In this document: positions 26,889-36,049 of the stretch, in pieces
How the letters are laid out: the number at the start of each line of letters is the position of its first letter
Numbering within the stretch: the stretch's first letter is position 1
DNA from: a virus
Lineage: Duplodnaviria; Caudoviricetes
Direction: 5' to 3' (one strand)
IMG/VR virus record: IMGVR_UViG_3300032272_000024
Location: 1-47,323 of that record
Length of the DNA stretch: 47,323 bases
Made by a program: the position numbers and the translations under genes
The notes under the pieces: generated by a model
The model's database searches: none
The model's input: the letters and a program-made list of their open reading frames with translations, nothing else
Told to the model about the DNA's origin: nothing

Positions 26889-27996
26889 CTTGATTAATGA
26901 GCTTACAAACGAAATAGCGTACTGTGTTGATCGTGACCCGAAACACGCGCAACGCCTGACTAAGTTGGTAATCGGTGTTGAGGCTGGTAATGAGAACGCG
27001 ATACAGGACGCGCAGGGGGTGCTATCAACGCAACACAACACACTAGAAAAAGTATTTGCAGACGCGCCGAAGATGATACGCGCTAGTATGTCCGGTGCGT
27101 TTATGAACAAAGATGTCAATCAGGCGTGGTTAAAAATCCAATTAGATGGCGGGTTTAACAGGTTTAAGGGCAACGGCGTATTCGCTCACTCGTTTAAAGC
27201 AACAAATTGGGATGTCGAGGCGTTTATCCGCGAAGTGTGCAAGGGCTATGCGTGGGCAGTTGGTACGTATACGGATAATCATCGTGATGACAAGAAATTC
27301 ATTTCGTCTCAATTATTGGCGTTAGATTTTGACGACAATGTGACGATTAGTGAGTTATTAGAGGTGGAATTTATCCAGCATTATGTAACGTGTTTGCACC
27401 CGTCACCATCACATACACCGCAATACGCCAAAACTCGCGCCATATTTGTCTTGAGTGAACCTGTGTTCGATAGTCAACAACGCCAAAATTATCAACAGGC
27501 GTTGATTGATTATTTCCAGAATTACAAACCTGATAGTAAATGTTACGATTCTCCCCGTTTTTTCTATGGCTCAGACGCTAAAGGTGCGATGGTCAACTTT
27601 AGGGGCTGTTTGCCGATTAGCGTATGTGAACAAATGGCAGAAGCGTATTTGCAACGCGAAGAAGATAAACGCCAATTCCGATTACAGCAACGCGAGGCAC
27701 GACGCAAGGAATTCCCGAAAACCGAAGCGGGTACACAGAATTATATAAAAGCTGTTTTAGACGATGAATTGCGTAATTTGAATATGGAAACCGAAGGCGA
27801 TAGAAATAACCACTTATTCCGTACAGCCTGCAATCTTTACAGCATGACGATGTCCGGTGAGTGGGGCATAAGCGAGGGTTGGGTTACAGGGGAGATGACA
27901 AACTCTGGACATTCAATCGGACTAGAAAAGCACGAAATAGAATCGGCGTTGAAATCAGCATTGAAAACAGCAAGCCCACGTTATTTAGAGATATAG
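26875..27996 (+). CDS. AEP-type primase/polymerase with PriCT-like C-terminal domain
   Basis: LALDFDD, HPSPSH, K.RAIFVL, D..RFFYG, GDRNNHLF motifs; ATG 26875 with AAGGA RBS. Confidence 0.75.
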   Translation: MSHSNLINELTNEIAYCVDRDPKHAQRLTKLVIGVEAGNENAIQDAQGVLSTQHNTLEKVFADAPKMIRASMSGAFMNKDVNQAWLKIQLDGGFNRFKGNGVFAHSFKATNWDVEAFIREVCKGYAWAVGTYTDNHRDDKKFISSQLLALDFDDNVTISELLEVEFIQHYVTCLHPSPSHTPQYAKTRAIFVLSEPVFDSQQRQNYQQALIDYFQNYKPDSKCYDSPRFFYGSDAKGAMVNFRGCLPISVCEQMAEAYLQREEDKRQFRLQQREARRKEFPKTEAGTQNYIKAVLDDELRNLNMETEGDRNNHLFRTACNLYSMTMSGEWGISEGWVTGEMTNSGHSIGLEKHEIESALKSALKTASPRYLEI

Positions 27997-27999
27997 AGG

Positions 28000-28449
28000 A
28001 TGATTATGGAAATTGAAATTTACACATCTGGGAAAGTAGAACCACGCAATAGCAATCATGGCGGTTACGCAGTTCTACTTGTCGCAAAAGATGAGTATGG
28101 AAACATCTTAAGAGTTAAGTCTATCATAGGTTACAAGTTTGGAGCAACCGCTTATGAGTGCCAAGCGGATGCAATCAACGTAGGATTGAAAGCATTGAAT
28201 GCGCCATACGGTAACAAGTTGACGATTTATAGTCGTAATATGACACTCGTTAATGTGCTTAACGGCGTTAATGAGGCAAACAAAAACAAGGAATTAATCA
28301 CGATCACTCAAAAGGAATTAGCGAAACACGGCGATGTTAGTATCCAGTTCGCATCGAAGCAGGACATGCTAGAATTATTGTATATGCAGGAAGCGGATAA
28401 AATGGCGATACAAGTGTGTAGAAGTGGAACGAACAATGAAACAACTTAA
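28000..28449 (+). CDS. RNase HI-fold protein, likely catalytically inactive
   Basis: IEIYTSG...GGYAVLL...LTIYSRN...EADKMA aligns with RNase HI but lacks three carboxylates. Confidence 0.7.
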   Translation: MIMEIEIYTSGKVEPRNSNHGGYAVLLVAKDEYGNILRVKSIIGYKFGATAYECQADAINVGLKALNAPYGNKLTIYSRNMTLVNVLNGVNEANKNKELITITQKELAKHGDVSIQFASKQDMLELLYMQEADKMAIQVCRSGTNNETT

Positions 28450-28618
28450 ATCAATACCAGCGCGATTCGATACCGAACGCATTACACCTGGCACCATTAA
28501 GGTCACGGTGGTGACTGACGACGGCTCAACTATTACGCGCTACGGTTGCGACGTAGCAGTGTTGTATGATGAGATTAAGCGTGATTATCGTGATGGAATG
28601 ATGAGTGAGGGAGTATAA
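28436..28618 (+). CDS. Hypothetical protein
   Basis: Short coupled ORF. Confidence 0.45.
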   Translation: MKQLKSIPARFDTERITPGTIKVTVVTDDGSTITRYGCDVAVLYDEIKRDYRDGMMSEGV

Positions 28619-28621
28619 GAG

Positions 28622-29515
28622 GTGAGACACTGGACGCATGATTATTACACATCACAGATAGAACGCAAGCCAATTCGCTTTGTGGTATCGCTGTCTAGCG
28701 GTGTTCCTAGCGCGGTGGCGGGCGATTTAATGCTAAAGCACTTCGGCAAAGGGCAAGTCGAGATGTTGTTTGCAGACACACTTGTCGAGGATGCAGATAA
28801 TTACCGATTCTTAAATGATCTAAAGCAACGTTGGCAAGTGCCGATCACTCGACTGTGTGAAGGTAGAACGCCATTACAAGTATCTGAAGATGCAAGCATT
28901 ATTCCAAACCAACGGATTGCACCGTGTACGTTCAAATTAAAAATCAAGCCAATAATGGATTACGTCAAGGCGTTAAGTGTGGATTATACGGTTGTGATGG
29001 TGCTAGGTATGGATCATAAAGACAAGCTCAGAGGTAGATTAGAAGCCCCAATCCGCAACTATAAATCAATCAACATAAATGTGTTCTATCCGTTGCTGGT
29101 GTATAAAGTTTATGAATCTCAAGATTATTGTAAGTTGGTAATGAATTTGCAACCACCACGAATGTACACATGGGGGTATAAACATGCCAATTGTGGGGGG
29201 GCTTGTGTTAAGCAAGGTAATAGGGACTGGAAGCGAACACTGACATATAAGCCTGATTTGTTCGCAGAGTACGAGGCGTGGGAACAAGGTATGCACGAAA
29301 AGTCAGAACATTTTAAGAAACATGGCTTTTTGCGCGATAGCAGGCAGGGGGAGGTAAAAGGAAAGACGCTTAAAACATTACGCGCTGAGATCAACGAATT
29401 AACGCAGGATACCTTACCCCTGTTTGCTATAAACGATGAATTAGAACACGGCTGTACAACTGGCGAGTGTGGCGTAAATGCGGAATGGCAAGAATTGGGA
29501 GCGACCAATGAGTAA
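28622..29515 (+). CDS. PAPS-reductase / PP-loop (adenine nucleotide alpha-hydrolase) family protein
   Basis: VSLSSGVPSA PP-loop, FADT..ED.D.YRFL, CTFKLKIKP, HANCGGACVK, C-terminal C...C. Confidence 0.8.
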   Translation: MRHWTHDYYTSQIERKPIRFVVSLSSGVPSAVAGDLMLKHFGKGQVEMLFADTLVEDADNYRFLNDLKQRWQVPITRLCEGRTPLQVSEDASIIPNQRIAPCTFKLKIKPIMDYVKALSVDYTVVMVLGMDHKDKLRGRLEAPIRNYKSININVFYPLLVYKVYESQDYCKLVMNLQPPRMYTWGYKHANCGGACVKQGNRDWKRTLTYKPDLFAEYEAWEQGMHEKSEHFKKHGFLRDSRQGEVKGKTLKTLRAEINELTQDTLPLFAINDELEHGCTTGECGVNAEWQELGATNE

Positions 29516-29750
29516 AGTATGTAACCCTGATGGGGCATATACAGAAGCATTTAACGAGATAGACGACCAATTAAGAGCCGATGTTGACGCGATACGGGGC
29601 AAGTTAGGTATATGGTTGCGCAACAATGACGCTGATTGCATTGACGTAAGGTTAGCGTGGGAAGCGGTGATAAGTCACATGCAGTTTGTTGCTGAGGGCG
29701 AGTGGTTAAGTTGTCGCGACGAAATGAATAGTGAGGAGCAAGCGGAATGA
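29508..29750 (+). CDS. Hypothetical protein
   Basis: ATG 29508 with GGAG RBS. Confidence 0.5.
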   Translation: MSKVCNPDGAYTEAFNEIDDQLRADVDAIRGKLGIWLRNNDADCIDVRLAWEAVISHMQFVAEGEWLSCRDEMNSEEQAE

Positions 29751-29826
29751 AAAAGTACATTTACTATGTAGCGCAGTGCGACGGCGGGAAAGTCCTACTT
29801 AGGCGCGATGGAATGGGACAGTGTGA

Positions 29827-30120
29827 ATGAGCAAAAATAGGCACAACCCCAAGAGAGACGCTAATGAACCTGAAATCGTCAACGCGCTATATGAGATTGT
29901 AGATAGCAAAAAGGATATCGAGCGCAACAACGGGACAGATGAGCCGGACTTGCGCGTGTGGTATCGTGATACGCTCTATTGGTTGGAAGTGAAAACGGAA
30001 ACGGGTAGGCTGTCCGATGGTCAACGTGATTGGATAGACCGCGCTATAAGGTGTGGGCAAAATGTATTTGTAGTGCGTAGCGTTGACGACGCGCTTAGAG
30101 CGATAGGGGCGGTTGATTGA
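29827..30120 (+). CDS. VRR-NUC / PD-(D/E)xK nuclease (resolvase-like)
   Basis: RDANE..IV..L, EPDL, WLEVKT..GRLS..Q..W, VVRSVDDAL. Confidence 0.85.
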   Translation: MSKNRHNPKRDANEPEIVNALYEIVDSKKDIERNNGTDEPDLRVWYRDTLYWLEVKTETGRLSDGQRDWIDRAIRCGQNVFVVRSVDDALRAIGAVD

Positions 30121-30482
30121 TGGGTAAAATCACAATCGCAATTGTAGGCAGTCGTAAATGGCGTGATCGTCAAGCGGTGCGTGATTGCATTAGTGTGTTA
30201 GACCCCGAACGCCATAGAATTATCTCAGGCGGTGCGCGTGGTGTGGATAGCCTAGCGCGTCGATATGCCAATGAGTACGGGATTGAATTCCAAGAGTTCC
30301 CCGCGAATTGGGATGAACTTGGGAAACGTGCGGGTATGATCCGCAATGGGGAGATGATAAAACATGCCGACGTACTCTATGCGTTTATACTGAACAGTAG
30401 CAATGGCACACAAAACATGATTGATCGCGCCGAGCGCAAGGGTTTAAAGCACATATACGTAGATAGGCGCAGTGATGAATAG
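30117..30482 (+). CDS. SLOG family (YspA/DUF2493-like) protein
   Basis: IAIVGSR, IISGGARGVD, PANW...GKRAGMIRN, SNGT..MI. Confidence 0.85.
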   Translation: MMGKITIAIVGSRKWRDRQAVRDCISVLDPERHRIISGGARGVDSLARRYANEYGIEFQEFPANWDELGKRAGMIRNGEMIKHADVLYAFILNSSNGTQNMIDRAERKGLKHIYVDRRSDE

Positions 30483-30789
30483 AGATAGATATATACAGCT
30501 ATGTTATGAGGTTGTTGATTGCCTCCATAACCTGATGTACCACGAAAGCAAAGGGCGCGGTGTCGGTGACGACCAATGGCAAGCGTGGTGCGATAAGCAA
30601 TTGGCGTTGTTAGTTGAGGCGAAAACGATGATAGATAGCGAATTGAGTGAAGGCACAATCGAGTGTGACGGTTCGCTATGCGCTGGCAACCCGACTAATG
30701 AGAATATGCACATATGCGATTGGTGTGATAAAACGGAGTTCGGGGTATTCCCTGACGAATATACTGAAAAGGGCAATGACAATGAATGA
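30472..30789 (+). CDS. Hypothetical protein
   Basis: C-terminal Cys cluster; coupled. Confidence 0.5.
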   Translation: MMNRDRYIQLCYEVVDCLHNLMYHESKGRGVGDDQWQAWCDKQLALLVEAKTMIDSELSEGTIECDGSLCAGNPTNENMHICDWCDKTEFGVFPDEYTEKGNDNE

Positions 30790-31063
30790 TGATTTTATAA
30801 AGATGATATTGGTACGGTGTGCGAGAAGTATAGCTATGCTATCAACAGAAGAATTAGAGGCATATGTAAATGACCACCAACGTAACGCACAACAGTGGGA
30901 TAGCATTGGTTCGCTACTTGAGCCTACAGCATACAGAGATGGAATGTATAACGGTGCTAATGAAGACGCAAAATATCAACTTGCGATTGCTGAGAAGCTG
31001 TTAGAAGTTCGCAAATTGATAGATAAACGCGAACTACACGCCGAGAAATTCAGAAACAAATAA
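30782..31063 (+). CDS. Hypothetical protein
   Basis: Shorter start preferred over listed 30647. Confidence 0.5.
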   Translation: MNDDFIKMILVRCARSIAMLSTEELEAYVNDHQRNAQQWDSIGSLLEPTAYRDGMYNGANEDAKYQLAIAEKLLEVRKLIDKRELHAEKFRNK

Positions 31064-31075
31064 CGAGTGAACGCA

Positions 31076-31106
31076 AAACGGGCTAGCCATTATGGTTAGT
31101 CCGTTT
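31076..31106. terminator. Terminator-like hairpin before par locus
   Basis: AAACGGGCTAGCCA / TGGTTAGTCCGTTT inverted repeat. Confidence 0.55.
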
Positions 31107-31207
31107 CGTGACGGGAGTGCTAAGGAGCGTATAGGTAGTATAGCGGATATGTTTGCGTTGGGGTAGTGGGATGTAACGAGATTGTAATGTTAAACAGTAT
31201 GTAATTG

Positions 31208-31247
31208 TGGTATACTAACGGTATACAGTGGTATACGTAAAGTATAC
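31208..31247. promoter_or_regulatory. Candidate parC centromere/operator: four phased GTATAC palindromes overlapping an extended -10
   Basis: GTATAC at 31210, 31221, 31231, 31242 (spacing 11, 10, 11); TGgTATACT at 31208-31216. Confidence 0.65.
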
Positions 31248-31265
31248 GCGATTAAGGAGGCTATT

Positions 31266-32483
31266 TTGGCAAAAAGAAAGCAACAAGAAAACTCAAGCGG
31301 GCTACTCGATATAGTAGTTGATATTGGCAATAGCCTATGGAAAGTAATGATCCAAGGTAGACCCTCAACAGCTTGCGTATTCCCCCATTCGATTAAGTAT
31401 ATCAGTGAGCGCAAATTTGCAAGCGAGGGCAAACGTTTTGAAAAGGGGTATCAGGAATTACATGATATTGATTTTGGGACGTTCGCATATCGGTATAAAG
31501 TAAAGGGTGGTTGGGATACTGCTTATGTTTCAGCTGGTAGCACTGCGGAGAATAAAGAAACTGAGGGTATCAAAGTAGGTGCTGAGAAATACATTCGCCA
31601 ATATTATGGTGTTGCCCTCACTTATCTTTTGTTGCAAATGTTCCCAGATGGGTGTGATAACCCAATTCGGTTAACAGTCGGACATCCAGCTAGTGATATT
31701 GAATATCGTGATGCGATGATTGATAGTGTAATTGGGAACCATTTCGTAAAATTATTAAATGGTGAAAAGATTAAGTTTGTAATCAAGTCTGTGATTCCTT
31801 ACGAAGAAGGTGTAGCAGCAGGTCGTAATTTTGTTTACACACGCGATGGGATCCATTACCGCCAAATGTCACAGCAGTTTAATGAGGGGCTTGGTTTGGA
31901 TATTAACATCGGTGGCGGTATCTCATCAGTAACGCCATACAGCCCACAAACTGGTTGGGTTGATTATGGCAATAGCACGTCTATTGGTTCTGGGATCAAT
32001 GACATAATGAAAAGTATTGGTTCTGATATTTTGCAAGAGTACGCTCAGTCATTCACAGATAACAAGGATGGCAATCTCGCGCTAGATGCGCGTATGCGTA
32101 TGACTGTGAAAACGGGGAAGTATTGGCAGAATGGGTATAATTTGGATGTGGCACACATTGTAAAGGATAGCACTCGTGTATTTCGTAACAACCTGAGAAC
32201 AGCCATTATAACGGCAGGCGGTGTTGGTCGTTTTCGGTTCATTACTATTTCCGGTGGTGGCGGTGGTTATATGTGGAAGTCTTTAATGGATAACGATACT
32301 TTGAATTTTAACCCTGATTTTATATTTCCTGCGTTGGATAGCGACGGTGTAGTTAAAGAAGATTTAGAACACATGATGCTAGAAGAAATGCACTACAGCG
32401 TTTTGTTTGGCGCAGATAAAACAACATCTGCAAAAATATATAAGATAAGTCAGGAATCAAAACCGAAACGGCGCAGACGGTAA
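31266..32483 (+). CDS. parM: Actin-like ATPase, ParM/StbA (Alp) family
   Basis: Phosphate-1 VDIGNSLWK, LTVGHP, connect-1 YEEGVAA, phosphate-2 INIGGGISS, adenosine ISGGGG; AAGGAGG RBS. Confidence 0.8.
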   Translation: MAKRKQQENSSGLLDIVVDIGNSLWKVMIQGRPSTACVFPHSIKYISERKFASEGKRFEKGYQELHDIDFGTFAYRYKVKGGWDTAYVSAGSTAENKETEGIKVGAEKYIRQYYGVALTYLLLQMFPDGCDNPIRLTVGHPASDIEYRDAMIDSVIGNHFVKLLNGEKIKFVIKSVIPYEEGVAAGRNFVYTRDGIHYRQMSQQFNEGLGLDINIGGGISSVTPYSPQTGWVDYGNSTSIGSGINDIMKSIGSDILQEYAQSFTDNKDGNLALDARMRMTVKTGKYWQNGYNLDVAHIVKDSTRVFRNNLRTAIITAGGVGRFRFITISGGGGGYMWKSLMDNDTLNFNPDFIFPALDSDGVVKEDLEHMMLEEMHYSVLFGADKTTSAKIYKISQESKPKRRRR

Positions 32484-32938
32484 TGAAAAAACAAAAAAGT
32501 GATATTCGATTAATACAAGCGAAGCTGAATCGCAACAAGAAACGGGAGGCTGATTTAGTCTCTCTAATCGAAAAGTGGGAAAGCACCAAAAACCCAAAAA
32601 ACCCAGACGATCATGAGTTTACTCAAAAAGATGTAATTATGATGGCACTGGAGGAATGGTCTGAAACAGTCCCCGAGTATCCACCTAATAGCGAATATAT
32701 ATTTTCGCTACTGAATGAGTTTCATTGCGAAATACAAAAGACTATAAAAGAATCTCACGATGTTTTGATGCAAGCATTACTGGGGTTAGATTTAACAACA
32801 TATGTAAACACTGAAACGGGGCGCAGTATGCACGATGAAGTAGGTGGGTTGTTAGTCGATGAAGAAACATTAAACAATCTTACAAGTGAACCAACCATAG
32901 AATACGATGGCAATAGTGATGAGCCTGATGGATGGTAA
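32483..32938 (+). CDS. Putative partition adaptor (ParR-like)
   Basis: TAATG-coupled to the actin; basic strand-helix-helix N-terminus and acidic C-terminal tail. Confidence 0.6.
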   Translation: MKKQKSDIRLIQAKLNRNKKREADLVSLIEKWESTKNPKNPDDHEFTQKDVIMMALEEWSETVPEYPPNSEYIFSLLNEFHCEIQKTIKESHDVLMQALLGLDLTTYVNTETGRSMHDEVGGLLVDEETLNNLTSEPTIEYDGNSDEPDGW

Positions 32939-33520
32939 ATGATTTTAAAAGGTCAGACAATGGAAACATCAGTCGTTTATTTAATAAAAGCAAGCAATTT
33001 CAAAATTGATGGGATTGTTGTAAAGGGTGGGAAAGCCCATAACCACACATTAGAAGATAGATTCAAATATGCTAGTGAAACAATAAAAAGCAAAAATGAG
33101 CTAGTGTTTGATAGGTGGTATGCAGAAGTTGAAGGCGATGGGGATTGGCATGAAAGAGCATTGTTATATGCGCTTTCGTTGAAATTAGCACCAATTATGT
33201 CAAAAGGTGGAAACCAAACGGAGTTTTTTACTGCGTTTTATTACACACGGGAAAACCCAAGTATGAATATCTTCAGGTGGGACAACAACAACGCAAGTGA
33301 TGTTATGTCATTATTATCAGCTATTCCACCGCATGGCAACTATGAAGCATTTGGGTTATATCTAGCTTCTGTGTTTGGGGGATACACAAGAAAGCGAAGC
33401 GGGCGTTTCCCCGCTTATTGTTATCGCGATAATAAAGGAGTTCATATTGACTTGTCGAGGGACAGACCATCGTGGGCTGTTGAAAGAATGAGGGCAAAGA
33501 TAAGAAGAACAATTAAATAA
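32939..33520 (+). CDS. Possible GIY-YIG/T5orf172-like protein
   Basis: VVYLIK...VKGG.A....EDRF and ERALL pattern; weak. Confidence 0.35.
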   Translation: MILKGQTMETSVVYLIKASNFKIDGIVVKGGKAHNHTLEDRFKYASETIKSKNELVFDRWYAEVEGDGDWHERALLYALSLKLAPIMSKGGNQTEFFTAFYYTRENPSMNIFRWDNNNASDVMSLLSAIPPHGNYEAFGLYLASVFGGYTRKRSGRFPAYCYRDNKGVHIDLSRDRPSWAVERMRAKIRRTIK

Positions 33521-33562
33521 CACCACGCTAGACGAACTTGAATACTTTTAAGGAGCGCGACA

Positions 33563-33943
33563 ATGAGCAATGACGATGCGTGGAACGAATGGTTAACTAG
33601 GGAGGCTATCGCAAAACGCAAGCAGACTGCCACATACCTGACGGAACGACTGGCGTATGTGGCAGACAACAGCGCATTAGTTGAAATGGTAGGGCAACAC
33701 GAACACGATTTACTACGAGTGCTGATGCCTGAAATTCGTGGTGACACACAAGTGATACATACGATCAGGGGCAAATGGTCACTCCCCGTTTCAATTGCAA
33801 CCAGTGAGAGTGTGCCAGAAGATAGCATGATTGCGCTTGTTACAATGAGGGCGGTAGAGGTGAATTATGAGAAATTAGAGGTAGGCTTTGACGGCATTAA
33901 CAATATCTTAGTTGTGCGGAAGATGAGCAACGACAATCGGTAA
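33563..33943 (+). CDS. Hypothetical protein
   Basis: AAGGAG RBS. Confidence 0.55.
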   Translation: MSNDDAWNEWLTREAIAKRKQTATYLTERLAYVADNSALVEMVGQHEHDLLRVLMPEIRGDTQVIHTIRGKWSLPVSIATSESVPEDSMIALVTMRAVEVNYEKLEVGFDGINNILVVRKMSNDNR

Positions 33944-33982
33944 TCGAATAATCCAAACTTTGGAAAATTAAGGAGCAAAGCA

Positions 33983-34300
33983 ATGAAAGTTAAAATCAGA
34001 GTAGCAGATTTAGAGAAGTTTCGCGGGCATATCACGCGGATTGAAATTGAGGAGTATGGGGTTAACTTAGTAAATATGGAGCGATGGGTGATAGATACAG
34101 ACGATCCGATTCGCGTTAAGCACAATTTAGCGATGTTTATGGATACAAGTGGGCGCGTCGTTAATGTGCCGAAACGGGATGTTGCCACCGTAACGCTCAT
34201 TGATTACGATAAGCAGATTGAAGACATCAAAGAGCTTAAAGCAGAGTTGCTAGATACTATGTTGGAATTAAATGCCATCATTAAGGCGGGTAATGAGTAA
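33983..34300 (+). CDS. Hypothetical protein
   Basis: AAGGAG RBS. Confidence 0.55.
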   Translation: MKVKIRVADLEKFRGHITRIEIEEYGVNLVNMERWVIDTDDPIRVKHNLAMFMDTSGRVVNVPKRDVATVTLIDYDKQIEDIKELKAELLDTMLELNAIIKAGNE

Positions 34301-34305
34301 CCCCA

Positions 34306-34521
34306 ATGCGTAGTACCGAACGGAACGACTTAGAGAAGCGCATCAACCGTGTGCTAGCGTCATTAGCGGAGTTTAACATCAAGCCACACTGCATCCGGCT
34401 ATCGCGCTATAACCGCAGACTATTGCGGTACTATGCCGATTACAAGGGCATACCGCTATATATGTCGCTGTTGGTTGATGATTTTGTCATCGAAGCAGGG
34501 GATAAGGAGCAATGGCAATGA
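34306..34521 (+). CDS. Hypothetical protein
   Basis: ORF in operon. Confidence 0.45.
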   Translation: MRSTERNDLEKRINRVLASLAEFNIKPHCIRLSRYNRRLLRYYADYKGIPLYMSLLVDDFVIEAGDKEQWQ

Positions 34522-34524
34522 AAG

Positions 34525-34917
34525 TTGAAATACGCACGCGAGTGCGGAAAGTGGGGAGTGATGGGTAAGATAGACTTACTAGAAGAATTGTATAACAAGT
34601 TGCTGACGGGGGAGTGGGTTGCGGACAAAAATTGGCATAAGCAATTGATAGCTTATCACAAACCCGTACCGTCATGGGACGGTATTAGACATGAATACAA
34701 GAGAAAGTGGGGAGTGATGATTACCTCAGACAGTAACGACGACGAAAAAACACAAGTGATTATCGTTTGGGAAGGTGAAAACGGCAAAGAGTGTCGGGAG
34801 GTGATAGAGCTAAATGGCATAGAGCCTGTTGCCATACGGAGCAAGTATGACCGATTGATTTTTAAGGGCAGTGGCACTAACAAAGGGACGATTGAATTTG
34901 AGCATGAAGGTGGGTAA
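34525..34917 (+). CDS. Hypothetical protein, apparently a fusion of two cassettes
   Basis: 17-bp GAAAGTGGGGAGTGATG occurs twice in frame (34547, 34703); start uncertain. Confidence 0.45.
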   Translation: MKYARECGKWGVMGKIDLLEELYNKLLTGEWVADKNWHKQLIAYHKPVPSWDGIRHEYKRKWGVMITSDSNDDEKTQVIIVWEGENGKECREVIELNGIEPVAIRSKYDRLIFKGSGTNKGTIEFEHEGG

Positions 34918-35286
34918 GTGATGAATAACGACGGGGAATTATTGGCACACCTAAAGAATATGAAACGGTTATGTGCGGAAATGATTGCACATAACGAAAA
35001 GGCACGGCGCGAATACGAGGACTGTCTACCGGACGAACAAAAATCATACAACAATCGGCGCGATGGTAATAAGTTAATAAATGGTGTGTTCTTAGATATT
35101 AAAGAATTACACGATTTCGACGCTGACGCAGAGCTTACAATCTATTTACATCCCACATTTGCCAAAAAATATATGAGGTTGGTATACCCTAGCAGGGGCG
35201 TGAGCGACCTTACTAAATTGTATGGTTACACTGTCGTAATTGAGGACAGACTAGTGGGGGATTGGGAGGTGAGGAATAATGAGTGA
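34918..35286 (+). CDS. Hypothetical protein
   Basis: ORF in operon. Confidence 0.5.
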   Translation: MMNNDGELLAHLKNMKRLCAEMIAHNEKARREYEDCLPDEQKSYNNRRDGNKLINGVFLDIKELHDFDADAELTIYLHPTFAKKYMRLVYPSRGVSDLTKLYGYTVVIEDRLVGDWEVRNNE

Positions 35287-35348
35287 TAGATTGTACCATG
35301 CAACTATTTTCACAGTTATGGCGATTGGGGTACTTACGGGGACGCTAG

Positions 35349-35759
35349 ATGATATTTTCGGTGCGTCTGTTGTATATATTGCAACTCAAGTGTTTTGGAG
35401 GATGGGGTATAGTGATGGGCGATAAGGGAATCCTTTTAGCGCATACCAAGAAATACGCCCTATCAGGTGATCCGCTTGTGCGTGGGTTAATGTTAGCGAC
35501 AATTCAGGGTATCGCCAGAGATATGTCAAGTTGCGATACCATGGGGTTAATTGATATTGTAGATTACCCCATTAGGGAGGGTTTTAGCGCGGTTGACCCT
35601 GTAATTATATTATCTTCATTTGATTACCGTATTCTACATACGAAACGCCAGATTAAAGACGCGATTAATTTCTGGGAAGTGTACAAGTTGTTGACGGACA
35701 GCAATGAGCCAAAATACCAGTTAATGAGATTGAACATGAAGGTGGCGAGGAATGAGTGA
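35349..35759 (+). CDS. Hypothetical protein
   Basis: ORF; true start may be about 35412. Confidence 0.45.
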   Translation: MIFSVRLLYILQLKCFGGWGIVMGDKGILLAHTKKYALSGDPLVRGLMLATIQGIARDMSSCDTMGLIDIVDYPIREGFSAVDPVIILSSFDYRILHTKRQIKDAINFWEVYKLLTDSNEPKYQLMRLNMKVARNE

Positions 35760-36045
35760 ATTATTGCGTCGTGTAGACCTTCGTATTTATTTTATAAGTC
35801 GTGCGATTAGCCACACCGTATTTCACTGGTTGGTCAGACGTGTTGGTTTTTATCGCGCTTGCGGGTTGCGTAAAGGATATGCAGAGCGCAATCGGATCGA
35901 CCTACTAAAACGATATGAAGACCAATTAAACAGTAGGGACAAGATTGAAAATCATTTAACTCAGGAAATTATAAAGAGGATGATTGAACGACTTGATTAC
36001 GGAATTATGTATGGCGAAGGCAGTTTTGAACGTGACCATGAGTGA
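35752..36045 (+). CDS. Hypothetical protein
   Basis: Coupled ORF. Confidence 0.45.
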   Translation: MSELLRRVDLRIYFISRAISHTVFHWLVRRVGFYRACGLRKGYAERNRIDLLKRYEDQLNSRDKIENHLTQEIIKRMIERLDYGIMYGEGSFERDHE

Positions 36046-36049
36046 CGGT

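Noticed and set aside
31165-31200. dif/Xer dimer-resolution site (TAATGTTAAA)
   Set aside because: Only a partial XerD-arm resemblance, with no convincing partner arm
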